Notes: generated by a model not told the origin, from the sequence alone. A stretch of 31,334 nucleotides of DNA from a virus (IMGVR_UViG_3300029792_000005:1-31334); one strand, 5' to 3'; numbered from the stretch's first letter, positions 1 to 9,542 are shown. Translations and numbers: made by a program.

Positions 1-186
1 AATACCAATTAGCCATTGACATACCTACCTTAACATATAAGAATTTATATGCATTGAGCCAGTCAGATCTTGTAAATAAAAATGGAAAATCTTTTTTTTG
101 AAATTGTAAAAATTGATCAATAGTTGAAAAATATTTATCCTTATAAAATTTGCTCCAGGATCTTATTTGTTTCCTTTCGACAATTT
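1..186. repeat. Imperfect terminal direct repeat, copy 1 (pairs with 31149-31334)
   Basis: Gap-free alignment at offset 31148. 142-186 is identical to 31290-31334 (45 bp); about 30 mismatches in 1-141. Confidence 0.95.
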
Positions 187-232
187 TATATTTCTGATCA
201 TAAGCTCTGGAAAACTTGCTATAATTAATCAT
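1..232 (-). CDS. 5' part of MuF/SPP1 gp7-like minor head protein gene (allele A, runs off the window start)
   Basis: ATG at 232 overlaps the portal stop. Translates MINYSKFSRAYDQKYKIVERKQIRSWSKFYKDKYFSTIDQFLQFQKKDFPFLFTRSDWLNAYKFLYVKVGMSMANWY, matching the reading frame upstream of ORF 29506..31170. Confidence 0.85.
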   Translation of the reverse strand, partial: MINYSKFSRAYDQKYKIVERKQIRSWSKFYKDKYFSTIDQFLQFQKKDFPFLFTRSDWLNAYKFLYVKVGMSMANWY

Positions 233-2480
233 CTTTATATTTGTTTCTTATCCTGGTAACATAAGGGATCATTGATTTGCCTCCCCAAAGTTTATAAGAA
301 ACCCATCCAGCATCTTTGTAAGGCTCATCCTGGTATTTTGGATCTATTTTTTCATTTCCCTTATGCCTCATTAAAAATGAATAAATATCTAATACATCTC
401 GAAACGATAGATCAGATCTTGATGCCAATTGTTTAGCTCGTTTCCATCCAGTTGCTGTTCCTCCCTTTACTTTAGATCCATATTTTTCTTTTAGATCTAA
501 CATCCTCTGAGCATTGTTTGATGCTGATTGAGGATAGCCATCAAATCTCATTTTGTATGGATCCTCCTCGTTGTTATGGCTTGATTTTTTTTTTGTTGAT
601 TTTGGATGTTCAGCTGGCAATAGATCTGTATCATGCTGGCCAGATCTGAATCTCCCATTTCTTAAAACATATAAAAAAGAATTTACTCTGGCCATTGCCC
701 ATTGTTCTGGAGATGAAACTGATGGCCTAACTGATGATGGATTTGTTCTATATGCTCCGATCCCTCTTTTGTAAACTGCATATAAAGTTCTGACATTTGT
801 TCGTTTACTTACAGCATTGTTTACTTTCTCATTGTGATCATCAGCCTTTTTTTTTAATGCCTTTTCCAAACTTGCACTCATTTGCTTTTCCTCCTCCTCA
901 TCATGATAATTTTTATCATCCTCAATAGCCTCCATATATTCCTCATGCGAGTTAAATGGCATAAAGATCTCATTTCCATCCTCATCCTCATGAGAATGTG
1001 ATCCTGATCCACCGAGCTCCTCAGCTCTTGCCTCAGCCTCCTCCTCAGTAGTGTAAGCATCATTCATTCCAGGAACAGCTCTTTTTATGATCATGGTTTT
1101 TTCCTCTTGATCCTCATCCAAGTTGATCGGCTCAATGCCATCCTGATTTGGATCAACTTCGGATTCCTCTATTGGTAAAAGATTAGATGGAACATAATAA
1201 GTGTTCATCATATCATTATCCTCATCAACTCCATATCCAGTTGCAATTCTTTTTTCATTTGGAGTAAGCCACCAGGCTGAGCTCATTTGATTAACGATTT
1301 TTTCAGTTTCCTCCTGGAGCTCTGGTATTGCTGTGAAATCAAAATCAAGTTTTAATTTCTCTCCAAATTGAGGCATTAGCCATCTGTTCAATTCATCTCT
1401 TATCTTTAACATCTCTGGCAATATTGCATTTTGATACAATGATTTTTTTGCCTCTTTGACATTGTTATAAGTTGAGGATTCAGTATTGTTTAATAATACA
1501 GATGGAACATTATAGATATTGCATAGATCTTTGATGGATGCATTATATTGCTCGATCAAACTTAAATCTGATGCATTCAATCCGAAATTTATCCAGGATA
1601 ATTTCTTTGGAGTTATAACAATATCTCCAGCATTATTAGATCCTCTATATTGCTGTTTGAATCTATCTTTAAGCTGTTGAGCCTGGACTTCATTAATATC
1701 TCCCTCATCACTCATTAAAACACCTCTGGCTGTTTGATTCTGTAAGTATTTAACACCGGTTTCTGTGGCCTCATTGTTTGTTTGTAATGATCTTAATCCA
1801 GCTTTCAATGGAGATTGCCCATAAAGATGAGATCCAGAGAGATTATAATTTGGATTAAAATCTTTAATATGGCATATTACTTCAGCTGGAATTTTATGTG
1901 ATCCATTGTATTGCAAACTATATTCTTTGACTGGTTGCATGATCCCACCAGAATGTATTTCCACCAATTGAGATGGCAAAACATAAAGCTCTTTGTATTG
2001 CTTTAATCCAGTTTCTGGAGCTATTCCATAGATGTATCTGTTCCCAGTCAGTTTGCCAAATGCAATTAATTCCTGGATAAAAGATCCATAAGATTGCATT
2101 GGATTTGGCCTTTCTAAGAGCTCATGGATATTAGTATGCTCTAGTTCCACCATACTATGCTTTCGCATGATCTGAGCTTTTAGCATAGCCTCTGGAGTTA
2201 ATGCTGAGGTTAATGCTTTATATCTTTTAAATTCAGATTCTGATTTGATCTCAAAGATCTGAAATGGTATTGTTGAACATGCATTTATTATGATATTAAC
2301 TAACGAATAGATCGTTGCATTTTGTCGATAGCCTTTGTCAATGTAGGTTTGATCATTCTCAGCATTCCAAATAATATTATTTCCAAGATAGTTGAAAATG
2401 GCTTTGTTATAATCAATATTAGTTGATTGATCATTCTTTGTTGTAATAAGGTTTCGGATCCTATCTAATAAGCTGGCCAT
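225..2480 (-). CDS. Phage portal protein (HK97 family) with ~300-aa C-terminal extension
   Basis: Portal motifs (LLERPNP, GNRY, HIKDFNP, LYGQSPL, IYNVPSVLL, LTPNEKR) in the first ~440 aa; directly downstream of terL. Confidence 0.9.
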   Translation of the reverse strand: MASLLDRIRNLITTKNDQSTNIDYNKAIFNYLGNNIIWNAENDQTYIDKGYRQNATIYSLVNIIINACSTIPFQIFEIKSESEFKRYKALTSALTPEAMLKAQIMRKHSMVELEHTNIHELLERPNPMQSYGSFIQELIAFGKLTGNRYIYGIAPETGLKQYKELYVLPSQLVEIHSGGIMQPVKEYSLQYNGSHKIPAEVICHIKDFNPNYNLSGSHLYGQSPLKAGLRSLQTNNEATETGVKYLQNQTARGVLMSDEGDINEVQAQQLKDRFKQQYRGSNNAGDIVITPKKLSWINFGLNASDLSLIEQYNASIKDLCNIYNVPSVLLNNTESSTYNNVKEAKKSLYQNAILPEMLKIRDELNRWLMPQFGEKLKLDFDFTAIPELQEETEKIVNQMSSAWWLTPNEKRIATGYGVDEDNDMMNTYYVPSNLLPIEESEVDPNQDGIEPINLDEDQEEKTMIIKRAVPGMNDAYTTEEEAEARAEELGGSGSHSHEDEDGNEIFMPFNSHEEYMEAIEDDKNYHDEEEEKQMSASLEKALKKKADDHNEKVNNAVSKRTNVRTLYAVYKRGIGAYRTNPSSVRPSVSSPEQWAMARVNSFLYVLRNGRFRSGQHDTDLLPAEHPKSTKKKSSHNNEEDPYKMRFDGYPQSASNNAQRMLDLKEKYGSKVKGGTATGWKRAKQLASRSDLSFRDVLDIYSFLMRHKGNEKIDPKYQDEPYKDAGWVSYKLWGGKSMIPYVTRIRNKYKDD

Positions 2481-2505
2481 ATATTTTGATATAAGAAATT
2501 AAAAG

Positions 2506-2513
2506 CAAATTTA
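2506..2513 (-). promoter_or_regulatory. Bacteroidota-type -7 promoter element upstream of portal
   Basis: TAAATTTG (TAnnTTTG) in intergenic gap. Confidence 0.65.
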
Positions 2514-2529
2514 CAAAATTTAAAACTCA

Positions 2530-3708
2530 TTAAATTACAAAGAAATTATCCCCTTTTTTCCACCTCGAAAACACCATATATCTTAGAGCATCCATGCAAT
2601 GATTATGCTTATCTCGAGGAACATTTATGATCTGGCCATTCTTTGTTTTCTCCCACCAGTAATTGTAAAACTCTTTGATCATATTTTTGGATTGTTTAGA
2701 TACAATGATCTCATGATCCTTTAATAGCATTATTCCAGCCATTATAGATCCAGCTCCTTTAGTTGCTGGTTTAACCCAGAGCTCTGTGGATAGGAAATCA
2801 ATACTCTTTGGCTCAGCTGATTCTGCATAGATCAATTTCTGATCCAGATCATTTCTCTTTATGTAGTCAATGATCATTTGATTAGTGAACTTTGTTTTAT
2901 ACAAAATTTCATGGACATATAATTTATTACTTTGTTTTCCTACCTCTACAATTGCTGTTGGATCATTCGTATATCCAAAATCTAATCCCAAATAAGTTTC
3001 ATCCAGATCAGGGAACTCGTTATGATCAATGATCTTAAAATCTGTAAAGATCTGCCGATCAGTATAAGTTGCTCTCTGGCCTAGTCCATAGATCTGCCAA
3101 TAGTTAGGATTAGTTTTCTCTAACCTTTCGATCTCTGCCTTGATCAATGGATCCAGGAATGCATTATCCATGTAGGTTGATACAAATACATCTGCATCAT
3201 CTCTCGATTCCAGATCATCATAGATCCAGCTGTTCGGATCTGATGGATTATAATCGCAAATGAATTTATCTTTTGTTCTCATGTTTAGCTGAGTAAAATC
3301 CTCCTTTGTTAGCTCATTGATCTCATTGGCATAGCATATTGTTCTAAATGCTCCTCTTAGTTTCTGAGGATCATCCAGGCCTCTAAACTCCAGGAGATGA
3401 TTCTTATATCTAAAAGTATTTTCTGATTTGTTATGGATCCCATGATAATAGATCTCTGTGTCCTCCAGGATCTTGATCATATCTCTATATATGGATCCCT
3501 TTAATGTTGGCAATGTTTTTCTTATGATCGTTATTACTTGAGGATCCTTTGCTGTTAATAGAACATAAGCTATGTATTGGCAGATAGCTACTGACTTCCC
3601 AGATCTTGATCCTCCTCTATGGATTATGAATCTCTGATCAGAGTTTAGTGTTTCGTAAAATTGTTTGTTACATTCCTGGATTACTCTTTGCTCTTTGCTG
3701 GTTTCCAT
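2530..3708 (-). CDS. terL: Terminase large subunit (PBSX/Terminase_3-like)
   Basis: Walker A GGSRSGKS, NE Walker B region, YNP, nuclease GLDFGYTNDPTA and HNHCMDALRY. Confidence 0.95.
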   Translation of the reverse strand: METSKEQRVIQECNKQFYETLNSDQRFIIHRGGSRSGKSVAICQYIAYVLLTAKDPQVITIIRKTLPTLKGSIYRDMIKILEDTEIYYHGIHNKSENTFRYKNHLLEFRGLDDPQKLRGAFRTICYANEINELTKEDFTQLNMRTKDKFICDYNPSDPNSWIYDDLESRDDADVFVSTYMDNAFLDPLIKAEIERLEKTNPNYWQIYGLGQRATYTDRQIFTDFKIIDHNEFPDLDETYLGLDFGYTNDPTAIVEVGKQSNKLYVHEILYKTKFTNQMIIDYIKRNDLDQKLIYAESAEPKSIDFLSTELWVKPATKGAGSIMAGIMLLKDHEIIVSKQSKNMIKEFYNYWWEKTKNGQIINVPRDKHNHCMDALRYMVFSRWKKGDNFFVI

Positions 3709-4034
3709 TCAATCAATTTAGATTCGAGCTTAGCATCATGCTGGATCTCTTGCCTCTCTATATAGTTCCTTTTTTTGCCTTTGGTTTTAAGATAGAATAT
3801 TGTCGCTGTTGTATTGCCCTCTGAGATCTGTTGATGTAGTTTACTCTCAGCAAAGTCAAGAGCTATCTCTGAGATGTCCTCAACTGATTTCTTAAACTCC
3901 GGATCCTTAGCCATGTAATCATAAAATGTTGATCTGGCTACCTGAGCTGATTTGCAAGCTGTTGTTACAACTCCAAGAGATTTCTCGAGAGCCTCCAATA
4001 ACTTCTTTTTTAGTATGTCCGAATGTGTAGGCAT
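3681..4034 (-). CDS. terS: Terminase small subunit (HTH)
   Basis: HTH-like GVVTTACKSAQVARSTFYDY and ATIFYLKTKGKKR; overlaps terL start. Confidence 0.8.
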   Translation of the reverse strand: MPTHSDILKKKLLEALEKSLGVVTTACKSAQVARSTFYDYMAKDPEFKKSVEDISEIALDFAESKLHQQISEGNTTATIFYLKTKGKKRNYIERQEIQHDAKLESKLIEWKPAKSKE

Positions 4035-4038
4035 GTGG

Positions 4039-4046
4039 CAAATTTA
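4039..4046 (-). promoter_or_regulatory. -7 promoter element upstream of terS
   Basis: TAAATTTG ending 4 nt before the ATG. Confidence 0.5.
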
Positions 4047-4358
4047 ACGAATTAATTTTATTATTTCCGAGAGCCCAGAAATAGTTGGAATGTTTAACGA
4101 TTTATTATTAGCCAAACAATAATCAGCAATAAAAGATTTTGGGATCCATAGATCATCAGTAGTATCAAGATCAGGATCAGAATCAATAAAGTTTAAGATC
4201 CAATCCAGGATCTCTTGATATATTTCCTTATTGTTTTGATCTGGACAGCAATGGATCAATCTTGTAAGTTTATCAACAGCATGATCTAATAGATCATAAT
4301 CTAACATAACAAATTGTTCCTCATCACTTATTCCAAAGTCAGTTGATCTTATTATCAT
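4044..4358 (-). CDS. Hypothetical protein
   Basis: 104-aa ORF, coupled to upstream stop (TAATG). Confidence 0.7.
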   Translation of the reverse strand: MIIRSTDFGISDEEQFVMLDYDLLDHAVDKLTRLIHCCPDQNNKEIYQEILDWILNFIDSDPDLDTTDDLWIPKSFIADYCLANNKSLNIPTISGLSEIIKLIR

Positions 4359-4522
4359 TATTTAAACCATTTAATGTTAATTGTTAAAGCTACGATCAGG
4401 ATCTCAACATTATAATATTTATGATGCAATAGCTGATCATGATCCTGGATCCAGAACTTTAAACTTAATCCCAATCCCCAGATCAATCCTAAATTAATTT
4501 TATATCTGTTTAATATTTTCAT
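4358..4522 (-). CDS. Hypothetical small protein (MKILNRYK..., 54 aa)
   Basis: Internal ATG of track ORF 4358..4651 avoids a long overlap with 4500..4733. Confidence 0.55.
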   Translation of the reverse strand: MKILNRYKINLGLIWGLGLSLKFWIQDHDQLLHHKYYNVEILIVALTINIKWFK

Positions 4523-4733
4523 CTTTATATTTTTTATAGATGTGAACATATAGATCCCAAATTTTTTCAGATGCCTCTTTATCTGTTTTATAAAATTTAT
4601 GGCTTTTGATAATAGCTCCGGAATCATTGATGTAAAGTGTTTTATATCCACTTTGCAAAGCTACAATATAAATTTTTATGTTTCTTTTTAAACACCAGCT
4701 CATGGCTGTATATTGGATCGGTAGGATGCTCAT
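4500..4733 (-). CDS. Hypothetical protein
   Basis: 77-aa ORF, ATGA-coupled to upstream ORF. Confidence 0.7.
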   Translation of the reverse strand: MSILPIQYTAMSWCLKRNIKIYIVALQSGYKTLYINDSGAIIKSHKFYKTDKEASEKIWDLYVHIYKKYKDENIKQI

Positions 4734-4834
4734 AATAGATGAGTTTCAATTAAGATCCAAAGAAATGTTAAGATCAGGCCAATGTAAGATATTGCCAGGA
4801 TTCTCATTTTGTTTTCGTATTTGTTTTTATTCAT
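4730..4834 (-). CDS. Small membrane protein (34 aa, not in ORF track)
   Basis: MNKNKYENKMRILAISYIGLILTFLWILIETHLL; TAATG and ATGA coupling at both ends; one hydrophobic segment. Confidence 0.65.
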   Translation of the reverse strand: MNKNKYENKMRILAISYIGLILTFLWILIETHLL

Positions 4835-6516
4835 TAGAATGGTATTTGATTTTTGTTTAATATAGGTTTTGTTTGTTGATCTAATTCTTTATAAGATCCT
4901 CCAGCTTTAAAATCTGGAGCAAGATCAAAGGATCCTAATGATCCATTATCCTTTCTTTTTACTTTGTCAATATAAACTCTCACGAGATCAGATCCATATT
5001 TAGTTTTAGATCCGAGCTCTCTAACTACAACTATCCCATTAAAACATTTGTTAAAGAAACTGGCTGATCCAGAAATATCATATAGAGTTGCTTTTTTGTA
5101 AATGCCATTTTCTGATTCTAGTTTTCGAGGATGAGCAATTAAAAAAAGATGAGTATTTGTTTGCTGAACAAATTGAGTAAGTAAAGATAAGATCTTATCA
5201 TGATAGGAATGATCTGCATTAAAATTATGATTGAGCATGTTATAAGGATCAATTACAAAAAGATTTACTCCCTTTTGATATACCAGCTCCTTAAAGTGTT
5301 TTAAAACTTTTTCTAATGTTAGATCCTTTAAATCTATTTTGATCCAGGAGAAATGATCATTAATAAAATCTCTGGTATTATTTAGATCCTCAATCGAGCT
5401 GGATCTTTTGTTTAGCTTATCTGAGATCCTTTTGATATGAGATTCATAAGGATATGATTCTGGAGCAAACATTGCAGATCTAAATCCATGCTTAACTGCC
5501 ATATTACAAAGAATCTGATCACAAAAATCTGATTTTCCAGAATTTGGAACTCCAGTTATAACACTCCATTCTCCCATTGCTATTTTTAACAAACTATCAG
5601 CATTTTCAAATCCCATAGTAAAGTTTTTGATTCCAGAATTATTAAAGCTGATCACATCTTTCCAAATAGTATCAAGATCCAGAACTCCATCCAAAGGAAA
5701 ACTCTTTTTGTTATTTTCTAAGAGTTCTAACAGCTTTAAAATTCCTAATGACACAAGAGCCTCATTAGCATCTTTAAATCCATTTAGATCAATGTATTTG
5801 CATCTATATTTGCCTAATCTCCTGGCCAGTTCATTTCTTAATGCCAATCCAGGATCATCATGATCACAACATAAGATGATTTCTTTTTTATTATTAAAAT
5901 ACTTAATACAATTATCTAAATAATCTAATTTCTGAGATCCAGAGCTTGCTCCATTTGGAACAGAAATAACATTTTTGATTCCAGCTTCATGCAATGATAA
6001 TGCATCTATTTCTCCCTCTACAATATAACAGCTCTCTTGATCTTTGATCTGATCCAGGTTGTAAAAGATCAGCTCAGCATTTTTTTCAAGTGAAAAATTT
6101 TTCCTGGAATCTCTATATTTAATATTGATCAACTCATTATCTCTGTAATAATTAAAATTGATTGCTTTTGTTTTACGATCAAGAGCATGAAAATATTTCA
6201 TTGATTCTGTGATCTTAAAATCAATCAATGTTTGCATTGATATTGATCTACTTTTAAAATAATCTATAATCTTATCGGATAGTTTACCAGGATTTATTTT
6301 TGGTAAAACATATTCCACTTTCTTTTTAAACAATACTGATCCACTCCATTGGCAGTTATGACAATTATAATAACCTTGATCAATATTTACTGACAAGCAT
6401 GGATCTGATTTCTTTTTTCTTGTATGAGAGCATTTTGGACAAATAGTTTTGATTTGTCCTGATGATCTGTTCTTTAAGTTGATTCCTAAATTCTGGAGCT
6501 CGTTTATTATGTTCAT
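4834..6516 (-). CDS. Primase-helicase (T7 gp4/Twinkle-like)
   Basis: Zn finger CPKC..CHNC, TOPRIM VEGEIDALS/DHDDPG/KDANE, Walker A GVPNSGKS, VIDPYN, LIAHPRK, DISGSA. Confidence 0.93.
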   Translation of the reverse strand: MNIINELQNLGINLKNRSSGQIKTICPKCSHTRKKKSDPCLSVNIDQGYYNCHNCQWSGSVLFKKKVEYVLPKINPGKLSDKIIDYFKSRSISMQTLIDFKITESMKYFHALDRKTKAINFNYYRDNELINIKYRDSRKNFSLEKNAELIFYNLDQIKDQESCYIVEGEIDALSLHEAGIKNVISVPNGASSGSQKLDYLDNCIKYFNNKKEIILCCDHDDPGLALRNELARRLGKYRCKYIDLNGFKDANEALVSLGILKLLELLENNKKSFPLDGVLDLDTIWKDVISFNNSGIKNFTMGFENADSLLKIAMGEWSVITGVPNSGKSDFCDQILCNMAVKHGFRSAMFAPESYPYESHIKRISDKLNKRSSSIEDLNNTRDFINDHFSWIKIDLKDLTLEKVLKHFKELVYQKGVNLFVIDPYNMLNHNFNADHSYHDKILSLLTQFVQQTNTHLFLIAHPRKLESENGIYKKATLYDISGSASFFNKCFNGIVVVRELGSKTKYGSDLVRVYIDKVKRKDNGSLGSFDLAPDFKAGGSYKELDQQTKPILNKNQIPF

Positions 6517-7031
6517 ATTATGTTCAATTTGTATTTAAGTTGTTTAAGGCTAATGAATTGATCATTTTTAAAATGATAGCTATCTCCTTTTATGTTTTTT
6601 GGATCAAAGATCATTTGATTGGTTGCAAATCCTATAAACTTATAAGATCTAAATTGTTTTGAAAATGTTTTAAAGTATGCAAAGATCTGACAATTAGATC
6701 TGAGATCCTTTCTGATCCTTAATGGATATTTAGATCCAGATGCTTTTACATCTACTGAAAATCCATTCCATAGAGCATCAAAATCATCAGATCTATTTGA
6801 TTTTCTTTTGTTATGGATCGTAAAGTCAGGCATTAGATTCATTTCTTTGCAAAAAATATATTCAGCTCCGAATCCCATCTTATTTAATTCTAATCTTGAT
6901 CTATTTTTAGGAGCCAATGTTTTAAGGCCATCAAAGCCAGTTTTGATCTTGTTTTTTTGTCGTTGGTTTGCGACAAAACTGATCAGATCTATTTCATGAT
7001 CTGCAAGATGATAGGTTTTATTGATTATCAT
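6513..7031 (-). CDS. Hypothetical protein, possible restriction-endonuclease-fold nuclease
   Basis: GAE...D..D...VDVK pattern reminiscent of PD-(D/E)XK. Confidence 0.5.
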   Translation of the reverse strand: MIINKTYHLADHEIDLISFVANQRQKNKIKTGFDGLKTLAPKNRSRLELNKMGFGAEYIFCKEMNLMPDFTIHNKRKSNRSDDFDALWNGFSVDVKASGSKYPLRIRKDLRSNCQIFAYFKTFSKQFRSYKFIGFATNQMIFDPKNIKGDSYHFKNDQFISLKQLKYKLNII

Positions 7032-7848
7032 TTCTGAGATGTTTTATCACTTCTTTAATATCTCGATCACTCAGGATCTGTTTTAAATGAAATTCAGTTA
7101 ATATTTGATTATTGGTTTGAGCAAAAAGATTAAAATCTGAATCTAAATAGAATTGTTTTAATCCTTTTATTTTTTTGTAAGCATTAGGTTTTGATTCTTT
7201 GTTGAACAGATCAGCAAATCTATCAATGTATTTTAATCCATTTTTATCCTTGTTCCTCAGCTTTAGCAATGTCAAAAATTGATTACTCCAGAATTGATCA
7301 GATCTAAAATATTTAACTATTCTATAAACCTCTCTAAGATCATAACCATCTAATCTCTCTAATTTATCAAGGCATTGGATCCACTTATCATTGTTCGCTT
7401 TTGTTTTCGGTTTAAATTGATCTGGAAATAAATCTATAAAATGAGGCATTATATTATTATATCTTATATAATTATTAGTATTATTTATATTATTATTTAT
7501 TTGTTTAGGATTTTCCGGTTTCGGTTTATCCGGTTTCGGTTTTCCAGGAACTGGTTTTCCTAAAGTCAAATGGAGATCATATCCAGAAAATTTGCCTTTA
7601 GATCTTAATTGTTTTTTTTCTAAAAATCCATGATCAATCAATTCATTCAAAGCTGTATTTATGGCATCTCTACCATTTTTGAAATGTCCAGCAATAAAAG
7701 AAACTGAGATCCCATGTCCAGATTTATGAGAAAAAAGCCAGCAATATAATCCAGAGGCTTGCATAGAAACCCCCTTAGATCTAAAGATCTGATTCGGAAT
7801 AGCTGTAAATTGGTTTAATTCTTTTGGCTTATAAATCTTTATTGACAT
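7018..7848 (-). CDS. Replication initiator-like protein (N-terminal winged HTH)
   Basis: FTAIPNQIFR..GLYCWLFS..GRDAINTALNELIDHGFL, Pro/Lys linker, Asn-rich tract; upstream of primase-helicase. Confidence 0.75.
   Translation of the reverse strand: MSIKIYKPKELNQFTAIPNQIFRSKGVSMQASGLYCWLFSHKSGHGISVSFIAGHFKNGRDAINTALNELIDHGFLEKKQLRSKGKFSGYDLHLTLGKPVPGKPKPDKPKPENPKQINNNINNTNNYIRYNNIMPHFIDLFPDQFKPKTKANNDKWIQCLDKLERLDGYDLREVYRIVKYFRSDQFWSNQFLTLLKLRNKDKNGLKYIDRFADLFNKESKPNAYKKIKGLKQFYLDSDFNLFAQTNNQILTEFHLKQILSDRDIKEVIKHLRNDNQ
7511..7560. repeat. 15-bp imperfect tandem repeats (iteron-like) next to an AT-rich tract
   Basis: ttttccggtttcggt / ttatccggtttcggt / tttccaggaactggt / tttcc; nearly pure AT at ~7449-7506. 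Confidence 0.6.
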
Positions 7849-8080
7849 TAATCAAAGTTTTTAATTCATCAGTAAAATTTCTCAGCTGTAAATAAACATT
7901 GACAAACTCCTCTAATGTGATATTTTGATTGCCATGCTGTTCAAATAGCACTTCAATCAATAGATCAAATTCGCATTTGGTTAACTTCCCAACAAATTCA
8001 AATTCAGCATCACTAACTTGAAATGATTTGCATCTGACTTTTTGGGATTTTTCGTTGTAGTAAATATAATTATAGATCAT
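7829..8080 (-). CDS. Hypothetical protein
   Basis: 83-aa ORF in tightly packed operon. Confidence 0.7.
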   Translation of the reverse strand: MIYNYIYYNEKSQKVRCKSFQVSDAEFEFVGKLTKCEFDLLIEVLFEQHGNQNITLEEFVNVYLQLRNFTDELKTLINVNKDL

Positions 8081-8441
8081 TATGATAGTATTTATTGATT
8101 AGTTCTACTGCATCATCATAATTGTAAATGACAAAACAAGCCCAATTTCGCATTTTAAGCTCGTTTAACCACCTTTCTTGATTTTCTGTTGGTTTATTAT
8201 ATTTAATTTTAAATTCAATCGCTAAGCCATTATAATTGCTTTTTGGATCAAATATTAAAAGATCTGGAACTCCAGCCTTGACACCTAAATATTTAATCAA
8301 ATATTGCTCCCATCTTGATCTTTTGCCCTCATTTGCTACATGAGTATATAAAAGATCTGGATATTGAAAATTGATATATGTGATCACAGAATGCTGGAGT
8401 TTATTTTCTTTAGTTAAATATTTTTGATAAGGATTCGGCAT
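8070..8441 (-). CDS. VRR-NUC domain nuclease
   Basis: E..LQ, HVANEG, GVKAGVPDL, IEFK, PTENQERW. Confidence 0.9.
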   Translation of the reverse strand: MPNPYQKYLTKENKLQHSVITYINFQYPDLLYTHVANEGKRSRWEQYLIKYLGVKAGVPDLLIFDPKSNYNGLAIEFKIKYNKPTENQERWLNELKMRNWACFVIYNYDDAVELINKYYHNDL

Positions 8442-8766
8442 CTATTTTTTTTCCAAGATTAATTTGCACAAACAAAGCCTCCAAATTGGTTAGCTGTTGA
8501 TCACAAATTACAACATTATCCTGGATCCTTAAAGTTTTCTGGACTCCATTATCGTTAAACAAATAATATTTCTGAGGCTCAGTTATAGCTGGAGCCAAGC
8601 ATAAATGATAATATGAAACCATATCTCTGTGATATTCCTGGATCACTTTTGTAGCATATTGCTCAGAGCATCCGGATCTATATGCCAATGATCTAAGATC
8701 TAATGATGGATCATTAGCATAAAGCTCCAGGACTTTTTTTCTTTTTTTACCTATTCTCATGATCAT
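8410..8766 (-). CDS. Hypothetical protein, possible N-terminal HTH
   Basis: LRSLAYRSGCSEQYATKVI; coupled to upstream stop. Confidence 0.65.
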   Translation of the reverse strand: MIMRIGKKRKKVLELYANDPSLDLRSLAYRSGCSEQYATKVIQEYHRDMVSYYHLCLAPAITEPQKYYLFNDNGVQKTLRIQDNVVICDQQLTNLEALFVQINLGKKIDAESLSKIFN

Positions 8767-9542
8767 AAAGTTTTAGATCCATCCTCTGAGATCTCATGCC
8801 ATTCATGGCCAATGATCTCTCCAGTATCAAGAAAATTTTTATATTGAGCCAATGCTGTTCTCCAAAGCATTTCTCCCTCCTCCAGCATATCATCTGAAAA
8901 ACTAAATACATCAATCTTATATGGATGAACATTCTCGATTGCAATGATCCTGAATGCTTTAGGATCCATTCCCAGCATGTAAGAATAGAAATGAGCTTGT
9001 AAATGATAATTTAGATTTTTACATTCATATTTAAACTTAGATGGCTTGATGTTCCTTGTTGTTTTTATATCTCCGATCCATCCCTCTTTAAGATTAATTA
9101 TGTCAGGCCTGATCCTAATATCAATTCCATTATAATTTCCAAAAAAAGATTTTTCAATTTCTCCTTTACAATACTTTTTTGCCAGATCAATTTTATCCCT
9201 ATTATGTTCCATTTGCTGGAGGATCTGATACTCTGCATCATTAATGATCATTTTTCCCTCAGCTCTTTTATTATGCCAGGCGAATTGCTCTTTGCCCTCT
9301 TTGGATCTCCGATCAATTTTTGGCATAATATAAAACTCAGATAAAAATTTTTCTTTCTCTAATAAGAATGAATGAGTTGCTGATCCTATGATCATAGCTT
9401 GAGATGGCTCTTTGTTAGGATCTGGATGTAAAAAATTGTATAAGCTATCATTGATGATTGTTTTAATTCCAGAACAGCTTATTGATTTATGAGAATGATA
9501 TTTCTCATTTGACATGGTTTTTTTAATTAAGTTATTTAACAT
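8763..9542 (-). CDS. RecE-like PD-(D/E)XK exonuclease (DUF3799-like)
   Basis: YH..ISCSGIK, GSATHS, E.S, RPD, DIKTT, YHLQAHFY. Confidence 0.88.
   Translation of the reverse strand: MLNNLIKKTMSNEKYHSHKSISCSGIKTIINDSLYNFLHPDPNKEPSQAMIIGSATHSFLLEKEKFLSEFYIMPKIDRRSKEGKEQFAWHNKRAEGKMIINDAEYQILQQMEHNRDKIDLAKKYCKGEIEKSFFGNYNGIDIRIRPDIINLKEGWIGDIKTTRNIKPSKFKYECKNLNYHLQAHFYSYMLGMDPKAFRIIAIENVHPYKIDVFSFSDDMLEEGEMLWRTALAQYKNFLDTGEIIGHEWHEISEDGSKTL

Noticed and set aside
1-186. Diversity-generating retroelement TR/VR pair, or a true terminal repeat
   Set aside because: No reverse transcriptase; mismatches are not adenine-restricted and many are synonymous; virion terminal repeats would be identical
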